Part shown: positions 29,022-40,371 of the stretch, in pieces | How positions within the stretch are numbered: the stretch's first letter is position 1 | Layout of the letters: the number at the start of each line of letters is the position of its first letter | Assembly: GCA_963792535.1 (NCBI GenBank) | Contig: CAWBWQ010000001.1 | Coordinates: forward strand, 288,001-352,000 | Direction of reading: 5' to 3' | DNA from: an uncultured Phycisphaerales bacterium | GTDB lineage: Bacteria > Planctomycetota > Phycisphaerae > Tepidisphaerales > Tepidisphaeraceae | DNA length: 64,000 nt | Notes under the pieces: generated by a model | The model's database searches: none | Seen by the model: only the letters and a program-made list of their open reading frames with translations | What the model was told of the DNA's origin: nothing | Program-made: the position numbers and the translations under genes

Positions 29022-31599
29022 CTAGCGCTTTTCCGTAAACGACAAGTCAGCGATCGAAAGGGTGTGGATCCCGGTTGGAATCGGCACCGTCCAATGAAGT
29101 GTTGTCTCTGCGTCGCGTTCCAGGCTGGGCTGCTCCTGAGCAACCGACTTTCCATCGACCAGAAGTGACACGCTTGCCGCTCCAGCAAGGCTTCCGATAT
29201 TGCGAACCGTCACTCTGACGGAACACTGGCCTGAGGCATCGACAACCGTCTGGAGATTACGACATTCCAAGAGGGGACCATACCAGCATTTGCTCAGTAT
29301 TGTGCAGTGGTTGTTGCCGCCACTGAAGTGCCAGAGCCAGCCGTCTTTTACAATAGTTTGACCGGGAAAAACCGAACCGTTCGTCGCGGTGAAATCTTCA
29401 GGCGCGCCTGTGGGCGCATTCGCCGTACCAGTCGGTCAACCAGGGCAGGTCGCTTTTCCAGAGCACCTTCGTCGGATTCGCAGCATTCAAAACCCCCTCG
29501 CCCAGGGTGCAAAGTCGGTTGCCTACGACACCGCCACCGTGACCGGTTGCCGGTTTAACGCCGATCTGGGATTCGTAACGGATATTGCCGTCATGGTCGA
29601 CGAAAATATCGCCCGAGCATTCGTGATCACTACACCAGGCCTCGGGAGTTCCGCGCAAATTGGCCGCACCCGCCTTGATCCATTGATGCAGATCGGTGGA
29701 AAGATCGATGCTCCCTTCCTCGATCATGGTGATGTAGCGATAGGGCGCGCCTCCAAACTGGATCGCGGGGATCGCTGGCTCATTCTGAGTATCGATAAAG
29801 CCACCCATTTTCCCAGGAGTTTTTCCCGTGTTGAGAAGCCATGGCTCGCTCCAGTGGATGAAATCTGAGCTCGAGCTCATCTTCTCTCCATGATAGTTAT
29901 ATTCCAGATAAACTTCGTTACTCCCCTTCGGCCAGAGCAGATCGGGGTCTTCAACTGAGCCTTTTGACGCGTCTTTTCGAACAATGGGGTTTGCCGGGCT
30001 TTTGGTCCAATGAACCCCGTCCGTACTCGTGGCCAGACCGATTTCACTACTTGGCGGACCATTCGGCGGAGCCGGGCTTGAGTTCCCCCGGTAGACCATG
30101 TGCCATGTGCCGTTCCGCTCGACCACAGCAGGATTGAACGCGCCTTTGGCATCCCAAGAGCCCGGATCTCCGGGGCGAAGAACAATGCGTGTGCTGTCCG
30201 GATCCCATTTATAAACAAGCTTATTGAGAAGACGAAGGGAGACCGCTCGGAAACTGGCCTGACCTGAGATGCAAAGCAGCACTGGTTGATCCGGTGTGCG
30301 GATATCTGTGAGGTCCCGAAGTGTTATGGTCTTCGTGCCATCAGAGGGAATCATGGTCGCCATCACACAGCCGGACCGGCGCGAATAAGCCAGCTTGAGT
30401 TCGCACGCTGTTCCCGGCTTGAGGGTGATCGGCAGGGAGGCAATCTCCCAGATAATGGCATCGCCCTCCGTGCGTTCGTTCCAGCCTTTGACCTGATAAG
30501 CTTTTGGCGTGACATCGAAGATGGAATAGCGTTGCGGTCCTTGGAGTTTACGTTCGATGCGAAGTTGATTGCGGGTGAGATCCACTGCTGCGTAGAGCTG
30601 TATCCCGTCATCGGCCTGAAATCCGACTCCAACCGCCGAGTCAGCGCCACCCGGTGTAATGCTTGCGGACACCTCTGCCTCGGTTTTCTCGAGATGAACC
30701 GTTTTCTGCACGCCTGAAGCGGGTGCGGTCGCCTCGAGACGGGGATGGCCTCCACCCTGGGAAAACTTCATCGATTGCAGCACCCAGTCGTCCGGATGCG
30801 GGGAGGAGAAATCATCAGAAAACTCCCTGCACGGATAGGGAGGAGGAGATCCCACCACAAAAGAGAAAAAGTTCGAAGGTTGCAGCTTACCGTCCGTTCC
30901 CGCGGCGATGACGCGCCAGCGGTGAGGTCCAGCCGCAAGACCCGAGGTCTGCGAGGTCGTTGCCGAAGCGTCAACCGTGTTCACAACAGAGCCGTCCACC
31001 TCGACTTGATACTTGCTCGCTTGCGGCCACGGTTTCCAGCGCAGAAGTACATTCCCGTCGCTCGAGCATGAGCCGTTCGGAGAGAGCAGAGTGAAGCCGG
31101 TAACCGGCGTCAGGGTGATGCGTTCCAGGGCCAGGGCGGAGCCGCTGGATGAAGCATTCTTTCCCGTCACCTGAAAGCGGAACGAGTAGTTTCCTGACTT
31201 GAGCAGGGTTACGTCGCCGATGGAAATCGTCGCGGAAGATTCGGCGCCGGACCCGTAGCAATCCACGGGGTCACCCACAGGATCATTGTTCGCCGCCAGT
31301 TGAAAAATGCCTTTGTCCGATCCTTTGCGTAGAGCAACATCCACGCGATAAGTTCCTGGTTGATCCACCTGGATGAAGAACTTGGCCCAGGTGCCGTTTC
31401 TGCCCGATTGGAGCAGACTCACGGCAGTTCCGTCTGAATTCTGTTGACGCAGCAGTTGGTTGGGCGGGAAGGAATCGAAAGGAAGCTGGGCGCAGTTTTC
31501 GGAAATCGGCTGCGCGATCTGATCCTGAGCAGCGACTAATGAGGTGCTATAAAAGATCGCAGCGAACAGTGCGAATGTCACCAGCAGGTTTGAATTCAT
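29022..31599 (-). CDS. secreted modular glycoside hydrolase: CBM-like, FN3-like, lectin-like, GH130-like propeller and CARDB-like domains (frameshift near 29420)
   Basis: WDAKGAFNPAVV..VYRG..IGLATSTDGVHW..NPIV..VEDP; removing one A joins it to GSVFPGQTIVKDGWLWHFSGG and the 29022-29270 ORF (VRVTVRNIG). Confidence 0.7.
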
Positions 31600-31988
31600 A
31601 CAAGAAGTTTCAAAGCAACGTCGGACGAAGTTCTTCATGAGATTATCTATGTCCGGATCGCCGCATCGTTGAAATCCATTTGGCCAGGCGGTGGCATGCG
31701 AGCATACGGCTGCCTCGCGCAAAAACGATAAAAGCCAAGCCCTGTCGTGTCTGAAGATCCTTTGGTTTTGTCAGTTCCGTCGGTAAAAGTGTCCGATTCA
31801 CGCTGCTGATGCTGATTTGCGAGCGGACGAACTGCCCCTCTTGCTCGAAACGCTGATATGGTTCAGCTCTCGGCCATCCGTGACCGCGGCACACTGCCAC
31901 TTCAGCGACAAACGCGAGCCGGGCAAAATTTGTATAGGGCGGTAAACAGCTGCGACCTTTTCAGCTTTAGGAGATCAGGGCGGCACTC

Positions 31989-33979
31989 TCATTTAGGCAA
32001 GGCCAGCGGGAATACGCTTGCCGTTCCATCGAGTCGAAAAGCAATCGCAACGGCAGATCCTCCCGTTAGGAACTTCACATCCACCCTGTCAGCCTCGGCG
32101 ATCTTGTAGGCCGCCACTGGTTGGCCGGTATCTTGATTCACATATTCGATGTCCCCGCCCAAAAGTGAAATAAGCAGCCTGCTTCCATCACTGTTGAAAC
32201 AGAGGTCGTGAACATCCAGGTCCATATGCAGCGGCGGGAGCGGATGCCCCGTTTTGACCTCCCAACGATAGATCGCCCGGCCTCGCGCGGCGGCGAGAAT
32301 GCCCTGGGTAGACAGCTGGGGCGCTGAATAAACTCCGTTTACCTTTATATGAAGCAACTCGCGGGCTTGCTTGATATCCCAAACCTGGATTGACTGCTCC
32401 AATTCCGGTTGATAGGGATTTCCCGACAGGGTGGCGGCCACCCATTTGCCATCAGGCGAGATGCTTATCGCCGATAACGGAGTCAAACCAGTCGCAAGGT
32501 CGGCAGCCCGTTGGTTCTTTTTCAGATCGTACACCTGCAAATCTTTGGCGATCGTTCCCGGCGCGATTTTGCGGCTGGCGTCGTCAGATAGCCGATTGCC
32601 CGCGATCAGCCAGTGGTCGTCACTGCTGAGCGCCGCGCAAATGCGGTAATCATAAGTGCCCCAGAGAGTAGTCACTCTCGAAGCACCAATTGTGGATATT
32701 TTGAGTTGTCCCCCGGTAAACGAGATAAGCTGCTGATCGTCGCTGGTGAAGAGGCATAAGCTGCCCAATAAATCAGTGGGGAGGTACTTACTTTGTTTAA
32801 CATCATACAGGCGGATTCCACGCCCGCCTGAGACAGCATACATTTTACCGTCGCGGCTCATTGTGAGGGATGTGTCACCCTCTGCTTTGCTGCCGAAACG
32901 CACCAGGGATTGCGACTTGTGATTTAAATCCAGAACAGCGACGGCACCGGCGTGCCGGGCCGGAAAGCCATCCTCGGTCCCTGTGGTGCGGCCCCAACCA
33001 CCGACGAGTACGATTCGCCCGTCTGGAGAAACAGCGACGCAGCGATTAGCTCCCGCATTTCCAGGCAGGTGACGGTACTGCTGTTGGGTATCCGTTGGCC
33101 GTGCCAGATCAATACTTCCTGGGGAATACGCCAGTAGAACGAACGAGCTATCCGCCGGCAGATCGACGCCGAAATCCAAGTTCGCGTCCAGGAAATACCT
33201 CTTGACGACCGGTTGAAAGGTTGCTGCGTCGAGCGTGCCGTAGTTTTCGGGGGCGCTGAACCATTGAAGTTGCCTGCCATGATCGATGAACTTGAGCATC
33301 GAGCAATTGTGAATCCAGTTGATTTCTGCTTCGCTGGTGCGCGTGGCTGTATCATAGATAGAAACCGACCCCTGTGGACTTGATGGCGGTGTATCCGAAT
33401 AGGTGCAACGGCCGACGGCTGCTCGCGATCCGTCCGCGTTGAGCGCTAACGCCCAGATTCGCTGCGAATGCTTCAGGACGCCAAATACTTCGTCCTTGTC
33501 CACAGCGACAAACTTGACGTCACCATCATGAGCTCCACCGGCAGCGATCTTGCCATCGTCGGAGATCGCCGCGGAATAAAGTATGGCGTTGAAGTCTACC
33601 TTGGAAAGCATCTCGCCGGTGTTGACGTTCCACACGCAAAGGTGCCCGTCCATGCCGGCAGTGACGGCACGTTTACCATCTGGAGTAATGGCGACCCGGC
33701 TTAGTGACTTGGTGTGGCCGTGGAGCGTCCGGAGATATTTATTCGCTGGAACGTCCCACACACACGCAAGGCCATCGGTACTGCCGGAGATCGCGATGCG
33801 TGCGTCAGCCGACATGGCGATGCAAGTCACGGCGTCCTGGTACCCGATTAGCTCCGCGATTTGCAGTTCAGCACCCAGTGTTTGCACCCGAACCGCCCTG
33901 GTCAACCCCTGCGCGCAACATTGGGCGTGGCGACAAGCACCACCAGCAAAATGAACAAGCTGATCCCGAATCCCGACAT
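31989..33979 (-). CDS. WD40 repeat protein, probably secreted (probable frameshift near 33905)
   Basis: LHGHTKSLSRVAITPDGKRAVTAGMDGHLCVWN repeats; signal-like MSGFGISLFILLVVLVAT in an adjacent frame. Confidence 0.8.
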
Positions 33980-34058
33980 TGTGGTCCAGCATTTCATTGA
34001 TTCCTCGATGCCCCGATTTGTTCTCATCGCTCACGCTGTGTGCTAACCTGAGTATGCT

Positions 34059-35630
34059 ATGAAATCTCCCGCATTAGTTCTAGCGATTGTGCTACTCTGC
34101 GTTTTTCTCACATGCGCGGCCTCGGACTCCGACCCGGCAATGCAGGCACGATTCGCGGACCTGCTCAAGCGATTAGACCAAGACGACTGGCAGGTCCGAG
34201 ACCAAGCGACCAAGGAGGTGGTGGCGTTGCCCAGCAGTTATCTGCCGATGATCGAGGCAGCACTGCGGGACCGGAACCTTTCACCGGAAGTAGAGACAAA
34301 ACTATCAAGCCTGATTGGCTATTTGCGCCGCCGCGCCAAGAGTGCCGATCGTGAAGCCCGACGCGAAGGCATGCTCGCGAGCTATCGAGATTTCGTTCTT
34401 GCAGAGTATGCCCGCGTCGGCAGTCACAATCCAAAGTGGGATCGCGCTGCCGATGACGGCCTTGTCATGCAGGTGGCATTGGCATCTTCGCACGGCATCG
34501 GCCGGCAAGGCGTGATGCGGACCATACAGGCGCTGCAGCGTAGCGTTGACGCTGGCTGCGATGATCCACTGGTTCGCTTGTTTTTGGCACTCGATCGCCA
34601 GACGGCCGCGGGAAAGCAACAGGATCTTTATGACGAGATAAACAACTCGACCACCGCACTGCTCAAGCGGGATTACACCGCGCGATTCAAGATCGTCGCC
34701 CTGACGAACAGGGCCCGCGCGTGGTCACTGCACATAAACATCCTAGACGACGGCAAAGAGCGGGAACGATATTTGAGCGATCTTCAGGCAGCCGTGAACC
34801 TGTTGCCAAAGATCCGAACTGATCATCAACCGGCGGAAGATGCCACGTTATCTTTAGCCAACAGCATTTTTGACCTGTATCAGGTCGCTCAAGCGGCCAC
34901 GGAAGAGAGTGCCCGGAACATCGCCGACGCGTTGAGCCTGGCTGAACCTGGATCAATCGAGCCGTCCCTGTTTCGAGTTACCTGCGATTTGCGCCTCGCA
35001 CACGGATGGAACCAAAGCCCCCGCAATCAAGAGCAGCATCGCAGCGCGTACCAGCTGGCCAGCGCCGCAGTAAAAGCCGATCCGAAGTCCATTCAGGCAG
35101 CCCAGCTTAAGATGGCCTGCGTGAATCCGCTTCGCGATCCAACTGAATTCCGAAGCTGTTATGATGCCGTACTGGCGATTAACCCCGATGATTTTCAGGC
35201 GCGCGAATTGATGCTGAACTATTTGATCGTAACCGGCGACGACTCAGCCGTGCTGGAATTTGCCGATGAATGTCTGCAGACCCGAGCCTGGATCGATCGC
35301 ACCCCCTTGCTGGCAGTTACAGCTGTGCAGGGACTGGCCAAGAAAATGTCGGTCGAGGAAGCGGCCACTTATCTGGGATCGCCGCCAACTTGGGCGCGGA
35401 TTCAACAAGCCTATGATGGTGAGTTTCTAGTCATCCCCCACGATTCGTCTCTGCGATCCCATTACGCCTGGTATGCATGCGAAACCGGTCATTGGGCGAT
35501 CGCCGATGAACAGTTCAAATCGATAGGTGAGGACATAGACAGCCAACCCTTCGGAACGGAAGACAGTGCGGAGTATTACCGAAAAAAGGCCTCACGGTTA
35601 GCAAAGGAATCGATTCCCCTCACTAAGTGA
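34059..35630 (+). CDS. secreted alpha-helical (HEAT/TPR-like) hypothetical protein
   Basis: Signal peptide; LLKRLDQDDWQVRDQAT motif; TPR-like C-terminal half. Confidence 0.7.
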   Translation: MKSPALVLAIVLLCVFLTCAASDSDPAMQARFADLLKRLDQDDWQVRDQATKEVVALPSSYLPMIEAALRDRNLSPEVETKLSSLIGYLRRRAKSADREARREGMLASYRDFVLAEYARVGSHNPKWDRAADDGLVMQVALASSHGIGRQGVMRTIQALQRSVDAGCDDPLVRLFLALDRQTAAGKQQDLYDEINNSTTALLKRDYTARFKIVALTNRARAWSLHINILDDGKERERYLSDLQAAVNLLPKIRTDHQPAEDATLSLANSIFDLYQVAQAATEESARNIADALSLAEPGSIEPSLFRVTCDLRLAHGWNQSPRNQEQHRSAYQLASAAVKADPKSIQAAQLKMACVNPLRDPTEFRSCYDAVLAINPDDFQARELMLNYLIVTGDDSAVLEFADECLQTRAWIDRTPLLAVTAVQGLAKKMSVEEAATYLGSPPTWARIQQAYDGEFLVIPHDSSLRSHYAWYACETGHWAIADEQFKSIGEDIDSQPFGTEDSAEYYRKKASRLAKESIPLTK

Positions 35631-35983
35631 ACCGAGCGAACCGGGGACGGATCTGAATGCCACGAACTTAGTTCTAAATCCTGCGCCGCAGCGTGCGTTG
35701 CATTCCATTGTGCAAACACTCGCCCCAGCCATGGCCTCCTACGATAATGGGTGCTGTTCAACGACACCTGTTATTCGACCGGAGGCCACGGATGGCGGCA
35801 TTCGCTCAAGCTCTATTGCTGGTACAAAACGGCCGAGGTTGAGTCATTAGTCATTTGGTCCCTGGCCTGCTGCAAGGGGATTTCTCGATGCAAAACGCCT
35901 TGCTGGAAGGTATAGTGCGCCCGCTCAGACAGGGGTCGTTCGGCGTTCGCATGTTCAAGCTTGCAAGTCAGGGAGAAGCGATC

Positions 35984-38900
35984 ATGGAAATTCTGCGCAG
36001 GACAACCGGAGTCCGTTTTAATCGGCGGTGTCATTCCTGTGCTGCGACGACCGCGATCAGCCGTGCGATTGCTGACGTGCTGGAAAAGCGGATGTGTTTT
36101 TCCACCGTTAATGTGCTCACCGCTTTTGATGGCACCACAGACGGGTTTTCGCAATCGGGTGTGATCGCATCGGGCAATATGCTGTACGGCAGCTCACCGA
36201 TTGGAGGCGACAACAATGCGGAAGGTGAAATCTATTCATTGCCCATCACCGGCGGAAACCCGGATTTGATTGCCGGTTTCAGCGGAACCAACGGCAGCGG
36301 TCCAACGGGTGACCTGCTGCTGGTAAATGACACGCTGTATGGGGTAACCAGTGCCGGTGGGGCGAGCAACGACGGCGTTGTTTTCTCGCTGCCGATCGCG
36401 GGGGGAACGCCCACGGTTATTGCAACGTTCAACGGTGCCAACGGCGCTGATCCCGAAGCGGGGTTGATCGTGTCGAACAATATTCTCTACGGCACGACCT
36501 TTTCCGGCGGCGCGAACAACGTGGGCGAGGTCTTTTCCCTTCCGATCACCGGTGGAACGGTAAGCGTTCTCGCGAGCTTCAGCATTACCGACGGTAAAAA
36601 CCCCGACGGTCCGCTCACGCTTGCGGATGGAATCCTGTACGGAAACACCCGGCTTGGTGGAGGCTTCAACGCCGGCACGATCTATTCAGTCCCCATCACC
36701 GGCGGAAGCCCCACGGTGCTTGCGGATATGAGCCCGACCGTCGGGCAGGTTTCCGAAGGACCGCTGGTGTTGCTGAATAACACGTTGTACGGAACCGCAA
36801 CCGCAGGTGGATCGCTGGGGAAGGGAACTTTGTTCAAAGTGCCCATCACCGGGGGAACGCCCAGCGTGTTGTTCAACTTTGACAACACCCACGGCGCGAT
36901 TCCCGCGGGGGGGTTGTCGTTCTCTAATGGAATTCTTTACGGTACGACCGCCGAGGGTGGAACCAGCAACCTGGGAACGCTTTTCGGCATGTTTCCCGCG
37001 GCGGGCACACCCACAACGCTTGCATCATTTGATCCAACGACCGGCACGCTGCCGTTTTCCACACCGGTTCTGTCCGATGGAATTTTGTACGGAACCGCGC
37101 TTCAGGGCACTTCTCAGAATGCGGGTAGTGTCTGGTCGCTGCCAGCAACCACGGGCGCGACGCTGACTTTCGAGCAAACGCCGTTTTTTGGAACTGCCAA
37201 TACCGCCATGGACGATATTCAGGTGACGGCAATCAACGCGAATCAGACAACCGCAACCAATTCAACAGGCCCGTTTACATTGTCCATCGCCAGCGGGCCG
37301 GCGGGCGCGAAGATTGCAGGAACCCTGACAGTCACTCCCGTAGGTGGAATGGCAACCTTCAGCGGGATTACCGTGGATACCGCGGGGGTTTATACGCTTC
37401 AGGTGTCCGACGTGCAGGACGCACCGGGAACTTCCCATGAGATCACTGTCGACGTGCGTGATACTTTCAAGTTTGTGTCGGTTCCTGCAACCGGTGTGAC
37501 CGACGTCGCGCTAAGCCCGGTTGTGGTGCAGGCCATTACACCGCAGGGGAATCTGGACACACAGTTCAATGGATTCATCGGGCTGGCTGCCCTTGAAGGC
37601 CCCATCGGTCGCGTTTTATCTGGCGGCTTCCTGCGAAACGCGAGCGCGGGTGTGGCGACTTTTTCAGACCTGGCAGTCAATTTCCCCGGCAGTTATACCT
37701 TGGTCAGTTCTGATTCGTCGGGCGATTCACCACCGTCCAGTACGATCGTTGTGACCAGCAATCCGACGGAAGTAATTGCGTCGATAAACATCACAAAATC
37801 GCCCCTGACGAATGACGAGCTGGATGGCGGAGGCAGGGCAACGGCAACGGTCACGCTGAACAACAGTGCCGGTGCCGTCGCAAGGGGGGTGATGAAAGTT
37901 CAGATGTATCTGACCTCTGTGCGGGATGTCTTGCTCGGCACGAGTGGTGATTTAGCTTCCGAGGGTGTGCTGCTGAATACACCTGGATTTAATCATGTGA
38001 CTGTCAACATCCCCACGGGCAGGAGCAGGAACTTCAGTAGCAGTTTTGTCGTTCCGTCATTTGAAGATAATACTGGCCAACTGCTCGTCGCCGTGCTCAC
38101 GCCGGTCAGTGGACTAAGCTTGCCGACATTACCCACGCATCAGGTCATCGCGCCCGGCGCGTTTCAGGGTCTGGCCGAATTCGGCACGGTGGACGAGCGC
38201 CCTCACGTGCGACTGACGCAATCTTTCGGGGATCTGCCGGTGCATTTTTCTCTCTCCGGTCCCGGTAAGGGGGTCATCACCCAGGACCTTAATCAAGGTC
38301 GGATCTGCAGCTGACCGGAACGACCGCGGCGACCAGCATCAGCATTTCGGCAAGCGAGAGTTTTACTTTGTTTGGCATCAGCGCCGATGGCGCGGTGGGC
38401 GCAATCAACGCGCCGCTGCTGAACGTCAATGGCAATATCGCGCTGCCCGGTGGGGTTCGACAGCTTCGCCTGCAGAATCTCACCACATCAACGGTGACCA
38501 TCGGCGGGTCGACTGCCGCGGCTTTGTCGCTGGGTGATCTGAACGACAGCTCCATCGTCGCCACTTCACCGATTCGCTTGCTAGCGATCAACAGCTTTGC
38601 CAACAGCGGTATCGCGCAATCGATTCAAGCTGCAAGCATTACATCTTTTATCGACCGAGGCGTATTCGACGGCAATCTGGCAACGACCGGGAACCTGGGG
38701 CAGGTTACCATCCGTGGGGATCTCACCGGCGACATCCTGGCTGGAACTAATCTGGGGATTGATAACAGCCCCGGAGGGAAGGACGACACATTCGGGCCGG
38801 GAACCATTTCGTCCATCCGCGTGGTCGGCAATGTCACAGCCTCTATCATCGCCGCGGGATTGAATGTGCAGAATGACAAATTCACCCGCGCCAATTTCAG

Positions 38901-39057
38901 CCTGCTGAGCAACTCGAAAATTGTCGCGGTGCGAGTCGACGGCTCGCCCAGCAGCGACAGCCTGATCGTTTCAGCGGTGCTACCGGTGAAAGCCATCATC
39001 AGCGGTCTGCGGACGACCACCGCAGACGATCCGCGGTTTAAGTTGCCGCCAAATTGA
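35984..39057 (+). CDS. large extracellular protein with 7 GloVer-like repeats and Ig-like domains (frameshift near 38295)
   Basis: LEKRMCFS planctomycete motif; seven 50-aa LYGTT.GG...G.VFSLPITGG repeats; G.ATFS.L Ig-like motifs. Confidence 0.8.
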
Positions 39058-39249
39058 TCGGCGACCTTGCTACTTTAGGTCATCCAAATTGATGACCCGG
39101 TGCTTATCGCTTTGTAAGCCGACGCCAGATAAGAAACATCGCGATTCCGACGATGGGGACGACCTGTAATAGATCACTGACTATGTGCGCCGTTCGGATC
39201 GTCATTGAAAATTGAGCCTCGCGCCTGTCCAAAGCGGATTAGAACACAT

Positions 39250-40365
39250 TTATGTCGCCCCTCGGGCCATGCTGGCTTTTTCTTCAGCCCGCCGGGTGCT
39301 GGTGGCTTGCGAGCCAAGTAGCTGTTGATACAGCTTCAACACCGCAGTCCAGGAAAATCGGTCTCGCACATCTTCGCGCGCTCGAGCGATCAGTCGTTCT
39401 CGCAGCGACGCATCATGAACGACACGGCCAATCGCACTTGCCAGCGCGGCGGGATCGCGTGGTGGGACCAGCAGGCCCGTTACTTCGTTGCGGATGACGT
39501 CGCGAATACCCGGCACATCGCTGGCGACCACTGGAACGCCCGCAGCCATCGCCTCGATCAAGACCAGACCAAATCCTTCCGCCAGGCTCGGCAAAACAAG
39601 CAGGCCCGATCGCGAAAGCGCCTCCTGCGGAGATGCGACGGCACCATGCAGCGTGACCGGCGCGTGCGTTCTGGCAATTTCGGCTTCGATCCGTTTTCGG
39701 TCCGCGCCCTCGCCGTACAGATGCAGATACACCAGCGGCGACAGGATTGCCGCCGCGGCAATCAGCGTGGGAATATCTTTGATCGGGTCGAGTCGACCCA
39801 GAAAGGCAACAGGGTAAGGCCTTGGATCATGTGCCGGCACGTGCGACTGCGCCTCGATCCAGTCGAGCGGATCAATGGCATTGGGAATGACGATTATTTT
39901 TTCCGAATCGATTCCCGCCCAGTCGCTTGATGCCTTTGCGACTGAAGCAGAGGGAACCACGACCTGTTCAGCAGCATGATGCACCAGCCGCTGCAGGAAC
40001 CAGTGCCAGCGCGGGAAAGGCTGGGTGGTCTGGATCGACTGAATCCATCGCACCTCGCCTGCGATCAGCGAGGCGATGGCGCCAATTGTGTTGGCGTGAA
40101 TGAGAAAACTAAAAACGGTGGTAACGCGACGCTCGCGGATCAGGTGAACGAGTCTGCGAATGATCCGAAGATCGCCCGAGCCGTGCGCGCCGAGCGCGGT
40201 GACGGTAACCCCGGCGGCTTTCAGTTGATCGGCTACGGGGCCCCATTGCGACAGGCAGGCAACTTCAATCTCGGTTCCGGCTTTGTGCAATCGGACCGCA
40301 AGTTCGCGCACGACGGTCGGTGTGCCGCCGAGTTGAAGATCGGTGATGAGAAGCAGCACGCGCAT
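39250..40365 (-). CDS. glycosyltransferase family 4
   Basis: GRLDPIKD and PSLAEGFGLVLIEAMAAGVPVVASDVPG. Confidence 0.93.
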   Translation of the reverse strand: MRVLLLITDLQLGGTPTVVRELAVRLHKAGTEIEVACLSQWGPVADQLKAAGVTVTALGAHGSGDLRIIRRLVHLIRERRVTTVFSFLIHANTIGAIASLIAGEVRWIQSIQTTQPFPRWHWFLQRLVHHAAEQVVVPSASVAKASSDWAGIDSEKIIVIPNAIDPLDWIEAQSHVPAHDPRPYPVAFLGRLDPIKDIPTLIAAAAILSPLVYLHLYGEGADRKRIEAEIARTHAPVTLHGAVASPQEALSRSGLLVLPSLAEGFGLVLIEAMAAGVPVVASDVPGIRDVIRNEVTGLLVPPRDPAALASAIGRVVHDASLRERLIARAREDVRDRFSWTAVLKLYQQLLGSQATSTRRAEEKASMARGAT

Positions 40366-40371
40366 GCATCA

